From contig NW_002060944.1 of NCBI RefSeq assembly GCF_000150275.1, forward strand, positions 3,848,123 to 3,912,122: a stretch of DNA of 64,000 nt, given 5' to 3'. Below the pieces are notes generated by a model. The model saw only the letters and a list, made by a program, of their open reading frames with translations. It did not search any database and was not told where the DNA came from. This document shows, one piece after another, positions 51,289 through 64,000 of this stretch. Origin of the DNA: Trichoplax adhaerens. Its lineage: Eukaryota; Animalia; Placozoa. The number at the start of each line of letters is the position of its first letter. Position 1 is the first letter of the stretch. A program made the position numbers and the translations under genes.

Positions 51289-54200
51289 ATGGCGTTAATC
51301 CTCCGTCGAATATTTAATAATTTGAGTAAATTTCTGCCACAGTTTGGTAAGTTATTAAAAGCACAGCCACCATACGTATACAGTTTTCATTCTTGTTCTG
51401 CAATACTCTAAAAAATATTCTACACAGCATACAAACTATTATAAATATCTTTATTAAGACAATTCATTTTCTACAAGTTACTAAAATCAATCACCAAGTT
51501 TACTGCACTATATACTAATCACAATAGTCTTTCTGTCAATAAAGAATAGCATAGAGTTTATGATAGCCACGCACTAGGAATAATTGTATTATTTATGAAA
51601 GTTCAGTTACTTCAGTATATTGGTTATTGACAGAAAAGCTACTAATTGTTATAACGATAATTAGTACCAAGTTCTATGCTACTGTATGATATACACTCAT
51701 GCAATTGGATGAAAATTAATCCAAGTACTGTACTACGTCAACTATTCAGTTTACTTCTGCCAATGTAAATGTCAAAATTTCTTACAAGACTTTATATATA
51801 AGTACTAGTTATATAGGCGTTTAATGTAATTATTACCTTTCATTAACTACTTTCATTCAAGAGCCTGGATTTGAAAGAGGTGCGAAACAAGTCTTTACAG
51901 AAAATATCAACAACGCCACCCTAACAACAAGAATCGTCTCAAAAGATAATCAAATTGTGGTCAAGAATTCTAACTACAGTAAACTTGAAAATGGCTCTGT
52001 TAGTAGATTAAGAATAGTTGCACGTGGTCTTATAGGCAAAAGCTATATTTCGAACAATCTACATTTGATTAAAAGTAAGTACTATATCAATTTGCTTAAT
52101 GTTACTGAACTGTATGTCGCTTATCGACTAGTTTACTAGTCCTACAACCCTAACGCAACGTTAATAACCCATGTTATTGCATTGTAATATAGAAATTGCC
52201 TCCGCAACCAGGTTAGTTTTTACAAGGCGCTTTCCACTATCAACACCAATCTTTGCTCTCTTAGGCTTTACAGTAGCAGGTAACACGAATACAAGTGTGT
52301 TTTCAATTGCATTAGAAATATTTACTTGTGAGATTATGATCAATTTGAGAACTAGTTAAAACTATAATAATATATCTACTACGAACTTGACAGGACCTAG
52401 ATATAATGAACAACAAATGGAACAGCAGAAGCTGGTTGTTTCACTACAATCTCTGCTGAAAATATGCCATAACAAATTGGAAAAAGATAACGCTGCTAGC
52501 GAAATCAGTTGCAGTTGTGATACTACTAATAGTTATAAAGTCGGCCCTAGATTGGGCAGCAGATCATGCTGTAGCGCAGTGTATGCTACCAAATGTTCAT
52601 GTGGCAAAGAGGTAAAGGAATTCAAATTGCATAAATCATACAGATAGGATTTACAGTGCCACGCATGGACTGTTTGTTTATTTGAAATATACGTTAATTA
52701 AATAAAATCATTTTCGGTGAATGATACCAATGTAGTCATGACAGTTTTTATTTAAAAATAGTATGCAATGAAAATGATGTTTAATTACGGGAATTCAAAG
52801 GATGATTTTATTCGCAAGGTTAGACATACCTGAAAAGATTTTAAAAATACAATATTTCGTGCTTTTGGCTATAGAACTGTATCATGTTTTTATCTCATGC
52901 TATAGTATAGCTATAGACGTAGAATAATATTTTAAACTAGTAGTCAAACTGTTCTACCTAGAATCAGTTCCAATTGAATAAGATTGACATTATTTAAATT
53001 TAGTATTACTTGTTTAAATGAATATTAACGTAGAAACGCGTAATCAAATTACCCTATCTAAAGAAATGTAACAATTATTGACAATCAGTCTGATTGACAT
53101 GTAATAATATTTCAGAATTTTTTGCGCGAGTATTGTCTCCTTTCGCCTTTACCGGTTACTCGTGTTGACGAGATGGAATCATCGAAAAATAGTCAATCGC
53201 GAATTCTTGTCCATCCTAATATTATTCGCTTAGATAAAGTAATTATTGATGAAATACAATACTGCGATGATGCCATGCATGAATACCCAGATGCTTTGCC
53301 ACCGTCTCCGTTAAATCCTTCTGGATTAGGCCGCCATAGGACAATGTTCTTATTTATGAAAAAGTAAGAACTAGTATTTCCTTCTTAGCCAGTATCGGTG
53401 CAACCTTTTCTAATACAAACGGTATGCTTAGTACTACCTATTTGACCTTGACTATGATTTTCTCAGGTACGATATGACGTTAAGAGAATATGTTCACAGT
53501 AAAGGGATTATTCCAAACGACGAAGCTACTATGTTACTTCTTCAATTGTTACAAGGTGTTGATTATCTAAACAAGAATTATATTGCTCACCGTGATTTAA
53601 AGTCAGACAATATACTGGTTAGTATACGCGTATAATTGAAACCAAAATTTTCATTTGTATTTAGTTACTTGTTTGTATGAATGATGTCGGTTTATTATCA
53701 ATAACGATGAATAACTTAATCATTGTAACACCTAGATAGTTAATCTACCTACCTTGTAAACGCATTACTTAGACGGCAACCGATAATGATAATAAAATCA
53801 TTGTTTTGCTTTAGATCGAAGAAGTAGATCCATATCCGCTTCTTGCTATCACAGATTTTGGGGAATGTCTTGATGATGCAGCACTCAAACTTGTAGTTCC
53901 TTACATTTCTAACTGCATAGATCGCGGTGGCAACTCATCGCTTATGGCACCTGAAGTTAGTAGTGACTGTATTTTATGTATTATATCTGTTACACAGATG
54001 ATTTATTAGTAGAAATGATAATAATGCTGTTAAGGAAATAATTTTCATTTTGATACACAGATTAAGAATGCTGAACCTGGTCACAATTCAGTCCTAGATT
54101 ATCGAAGATCAGACGGTAAATTAGGTTCAAAAACAAGAATGTCCTTGTATAGAGTGTAGCATCTCAATAGACGTGCAAGCTAAACATAACACTTCTTTAT

Positions 54201-55135
54201 TGTTTTGTATTAGTTTGGGCAATTGGATGCTTGGCTTTCGAGATATTTGGTCAGGAGAACCCCTTTCTGAATACCTTCGATAGTTCTAGCTATCAAGAAT
54301 ATGAACTCCCAGAATTGCCAAGGTATCATTCTGTTAAGGCCTACGTAATTCACTTTTCATACTAGTAGTACCATTTAGGAGTACCTTGATATTATTATTA
54401 TTACCGTTAAAAGTTATTTATACTCCTTTCCAGTCGAGTACCTTTGATCGTTCGTAAAATCGTACGCAACTTATTAAGAAAAGATTCAAGTAACAGATTG
54501 CCAGCAAGCTTAGCAATTGCTGCTCTTTCTTTTTGGCGGTGGGGACCGATAAATTGGCGCGCTCTTATGATGTATGAAACGGGTTTATCAAACCTAAATG
54601 AAGAGGATATTCAACGGTAAGATGTTTTCAAAGATAACATTTGTTATTTCGTTATGATTAAGTGATTTTTCCAATACTACATTCATCTATTCAATCTCTG
54701 TTAATGAAATATTAATTTATACGAACTATAGCACTAAGATTGACATATCGTAGCCAGAGCAGCTAATAATACTTAGTAGTATGCAGTATGTGATAGTGTA
54801 CAACAATTATATTTTATACCATCAGCATGCACGTAAAAGTTTTTACTATGAATTATTTTTAAAGCTGGCTCAGCGAAACGGCATTTCAGTTATCGATCCA
54901 AATCATGCAATGTCAAGCTCATGGACATAAGCTTACACCTGAATTACAGGTACGCAGTACTAATGGTATTTTAGATGTATCCTTAAAAGAAAGACCAAAA
55001 ATAATACTATACGCGCATGTTATCATGATTCAATTATATTTAGAAAATAAATTCTTTCTTTAGGCGAAATATCATTTCTTGGTTTCTACTTCCGCTGCTG
55101 ATATCAAGCTTGCCGTAGAAAGTCTGTATTGTTAA
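51289..55135 (+). CDS. PINK1: PTEN-induced kinase 1, mitochondrial Ser/Thr kinase, about 13 exons
   Basis: Exon 1 (51289-51346) MALILRRIFNNLSKFLPQF is presequence-like, and exon 52193-52279 carries a TM segment (PIFALLGFTVAG). Kinase motifs: YAMKMMFNY, HPNII, the PINK1 insertion YPDALPPSPLNPSGLGRHRTMFLFMK, HRDLKSDNIL, DFG, RGGNSSLMAPEI and DYRRSDVWAIGCLAFEIFGQENPF. Stop at 55133-55135. Confidence 0.95.
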
Positions 55136-56363
55136 CATTGTATGCTTTATAGTTAGAGAGCCATGATTTGTCTGCTATCCATTCATGCTATATAGAAAAT
55201 ATAGGAAATGGCATTGTGATTGTTAATTACGTAGAATTTAATTAGCAAGAAATGATGATAATTTCTTTTACTGTACTGTATACGGTTTAATTTTGGGGTT
55301 CAAATATTTGATAAATTTGTTAATAGATTAAAAATAGGTGCACTATTTATCTAATTTCAGATATTATTAAAAGCTTTTCTTCAACTAAGATCTTTCGAAC
55401 AATTTTTTTTAGTGATAGCGACTTTATTTTCCTATTACTGTTGACATTAACTAAATTCAACGTTTAGATGCTTAGGTACAGACCTGAGCTAATGCACACA
55501 GTACTAATATTTGCACTCAAGCTAAGATAGCTAGTACTGTAAATTAAAAGTACAACTGTAGGGAAAGCTAATTTGTTCGATATCATATCATGAGCTTTAT
55601 ACTGTTGTTACTGCTATGTATATCGAATCTTTTGAACAGTATACTAGTATCGAATCGACAGTTGAGATTCCTAATTATCGTCGTGTTCGTTTAATTAACA
55701 GAAATCTTGTAAGAATCTCAACAGCGCAGTGCTAGACGAAGTCTTACATTAGTTATCCTTGATTAACTTGTTCTTGTTACAACTTTATATGCACATTTGA
55801 TTGACAATTACTCCATTAGCAATAATTACAGTACTATACATTAGTGCACTATAATGCTGTTTACTAAAATACCTCCATTCCTGACTAGATCGAAATTGCT
55901 TCTCTTAACTACTTTCACTTGATAGTTCCCGATCAACTCGATATTCGACGTGACAAATGTGAGTTGTAAAGGAAGTAAATTTTAAAGTTGTTATCCATCA
56001 ACAGTGATGAAGGTATCATGCAGACTAGGTAGAAATTGTTGATTGGCCACTTTTACTTAACAGTTGGCGACACTATGAAGGTAAAGTTTGACAATCTATA
56101 TTCTACATACGTCTAAAAGTAGCCGATGTTGAAGATTTCGTGGCAGAATAGAGATTGTCGACCATTGCATTATTGATACAAGGAAAACCTAGTAGACACG
56201 CACAGTCTACAGTTGCGTACTCGGAGCCTACGCATACAGTACATGGAACCGGGTATCAATTCGTATAAAGTCATTGTTAAGAATTGATTTAAAATTTGCG
56301 CGTATAATAACATACATGCTAGTCTATACATACTCGTAGATCATTTTATTTTAACCTGCAATC

Positions 56364-56587
56364 GTAGTATGCATGTGGTAGTTTGCTGTCATGTTTAGTA
56401 TCAAGCTAGTAAATATGAATGTCAAATTTTACCTTGCCTTAGTTCCACGTAAAGTCTGTGTCGATTCTACAGTTACTGTACTGTACTGTAGTAGTTTATT
56501 AGCTTCTACTATTAGCTAATTACTTGGCCAATTTGGCTCAAGACTGGTGTTCTAGATCCATTTTTTTCCGGTAGTTATATATACAGT

Positions 56588-56618
<31 letters not shown>

Positions 56619-56878
56619 ACTTGTAGTATGTATGTGGTAGTTTGCTGTCGTGTCTAGTATCAAGTTGGTAAATGTAAATGTCAAATTTTACATTGCCTTA
56701 GTTCCATGTAAAGTCTGTGTCTATTCTGCAGTTACTGTACAGCACTATGGTAGTTTATTTAGCTTCTACTATTAGCTAATTAAATTAGTTCGACAATGTG
56801 GCTCAAGACTGGTGTTCTAAACGGTTGGACTAAACCCGATTTTTTCCGGTAGTTATATATATATATATATACAGTATA
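56364..56878. repeat. ~259-bp direct tandem duplication, each unit ending in (TA)n
   Basis: Units start GTAGTATG(C/T)ATGTGGTAGTTTGCTGTC at 56364 and 56623. Confidence 0.92.
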
Positions 56879-57809
56879 CATAGCGAGAAAGACAGAGACT
56901 TGTACAATGAATAGAACACAATCTCCATATGGGCCGCTAAGGTGCTTTTTCTTACTGGGGAGTTACGTCTGAAAGTGCATATTTCATCTATTTGTGTCTC
57001 TATGCATGTCTGCATATTACTGCATGGATGTTCCTATGTTGGTGCATTTAGTGTGGTATATATACAGTAATAGTACTAGATATATCTGTTATAAGTTATA
57101 GATATTACTATAATAAATCGATCAATTCCCACTTCTAGACTTGAGCATCAGGCAGTAGTAACATCTAACCCTGAAATCCCTACTGGATTCAAACATGGAG
57201 ATTACTAGAATGATTTACTACAAGAGTCTCTAGGGAGTTATACTACGGTGAACACGATTTGTTGTACAGGACACTCCTTTAATAAGAATCCATGGGGGGT
57301 TAATGCTCTCAAACCAGCCGATAAACGCTGAGATTTAACGCCGACTATAATCAAGGTAAATCCCGTACAGGCTCTTCTCTAGACTCTAGGTATACAGTAT
57401 GGGCATATTAATTAATTAATTAATTCCGTGAGCAACGTCGAAAAGGGCAACACCTTAAAGACACTAGTCTACCTCCAGTACAGTACCTGTGTCATCAAGG
57501 TGAGTATTAGACTGGCCAACTGGGTAGAAAGCCGTTACAACATTCAAGCAGTCGAGCAAGGAGGAGAGAATCTCTTGCAGCATTTTCATCATCACTGGAA
57601 TGACTGGATGCAATTTTCCCCATCGGGCTTGAAATTGTCAATCAGTTGGATCAAGGTTGTAAATTACTGTTGAATGCGATTCTACCAACCAATTCTTCTT
57701 GACTTATTACATCGGAGTGGAATTGGCGCGTGTTACAAAGTGAAAGAGCGAACTGCAATTATTATCAACAAATCGTGAGTAAATAGACCGTTGATCAGCA
57801 CTCGGATCG

Positions 57810-63259
<5,450 letters not shown>

Positions 63260-64000
63260 CTGACTTTCCAATTGTAACATTCATTGTGCATAATTCTATT
63301 TTGGCCATTTTATCTCAAACTGTCACGTCTTTCAATTATGATCGTTTTTATGTTTTTTTTTTAAGCCGTTCAATCATTATTTGGTCAAGTTGTATAAAAA
63401 TATCGATATCGTGATCTTCAGTATTCATACTCTACTGTAGTATAAAAGTTAATTACGGCGATAAAGTAGTCACCTAATGAATGGTTGCAATATTTCAATT
63501 GTTCTATTTCCTGAGAGTAAACCTTGTTTCTTGACTCTGCATTATAAACCCAAAGAACGAACGATATTTCGTGAAAAAAATTCATTTTAGATCGTTAGAT
63601 GAAAAGTTTTGTATAAAGTGTAGATTAATTGAACTATAGTCAATAGAATTGACCAGTAGAATGTTTTCTTCTACATTTCGCTGCGTTCTATTACCCTAAG
63701 CTAGACGTTGGAATTGATCATTATTATTTGGCTATTTTGCAAAGTATACTTGTATGTTAGTTCACCTTGCTAGTAAGCGAGCCTTAAGAAATTGGGTAGA
63801 TACATGTAAAGTGAAATTAGTCAGTAGCGTGCGAATGGCTCGTATTTGCTGTTTTTGACAGTCATAAATGGCATGACATTGGGGGTATAGAATGAATGAA
63901 TTCTAATCGATTGTACTCGTTTAATGATGATGATAGTATGTATTGCTTAACGAGAATACTGAGGCGAAGGAATTGCATTTCTTCGGTATTCCATATGCAA

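Noticed and set aside
12858-55135. Functional clustering of mitochondria-related genes (MRPS33, QTRT1, PINK1)
   Set aside because: They are interspersed with unrelated genes, and the number is compatible with chance.

Overview
AT-rich eukaryotic genomic DNA with compact genes and short GT-AG introns. Gene content, intron size and abundant ACAGT/ACTGT pentamers suggest an early-branching animal, probably a placozoan (Trichoplax-like); this is inference. All gene models were spliced and translated by hand. In order: (1) a minus-strand tandem array of Ig-Ig-TM receptor genes at 0.4-10.1 kb. The middle copy can splice in frame into a SEFIR/TIR-like cytoplasmic exon, and the flanking copies are disabled. 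(2) An orphan ORF whose stop codon is followed by a perfect hairpin. (3) MRPS33 (-), (4) centriolin (+), (5) a BTB-BACK-Kelch gene (-), (6) TTC16 (+), (7) a POMGNT1-like GT13 gene with an intronless CDS (+), (8) QTRT1 (+), (9) a C1orf52-like gene (-), (10) PINK1 (+) and (11) WDR5 (+). Several minisatellites, ACAGT-rich blocks and three 50-N gaps are present. The best candidate for an undescribed system is the Ig-Ig-TM-SEFIR (IL-17R/IL-1R hybrid-like) receptor family undergoing birth-and-death. No tRNA, rRNA, CRISPR array or autonomous transposon was recognised.
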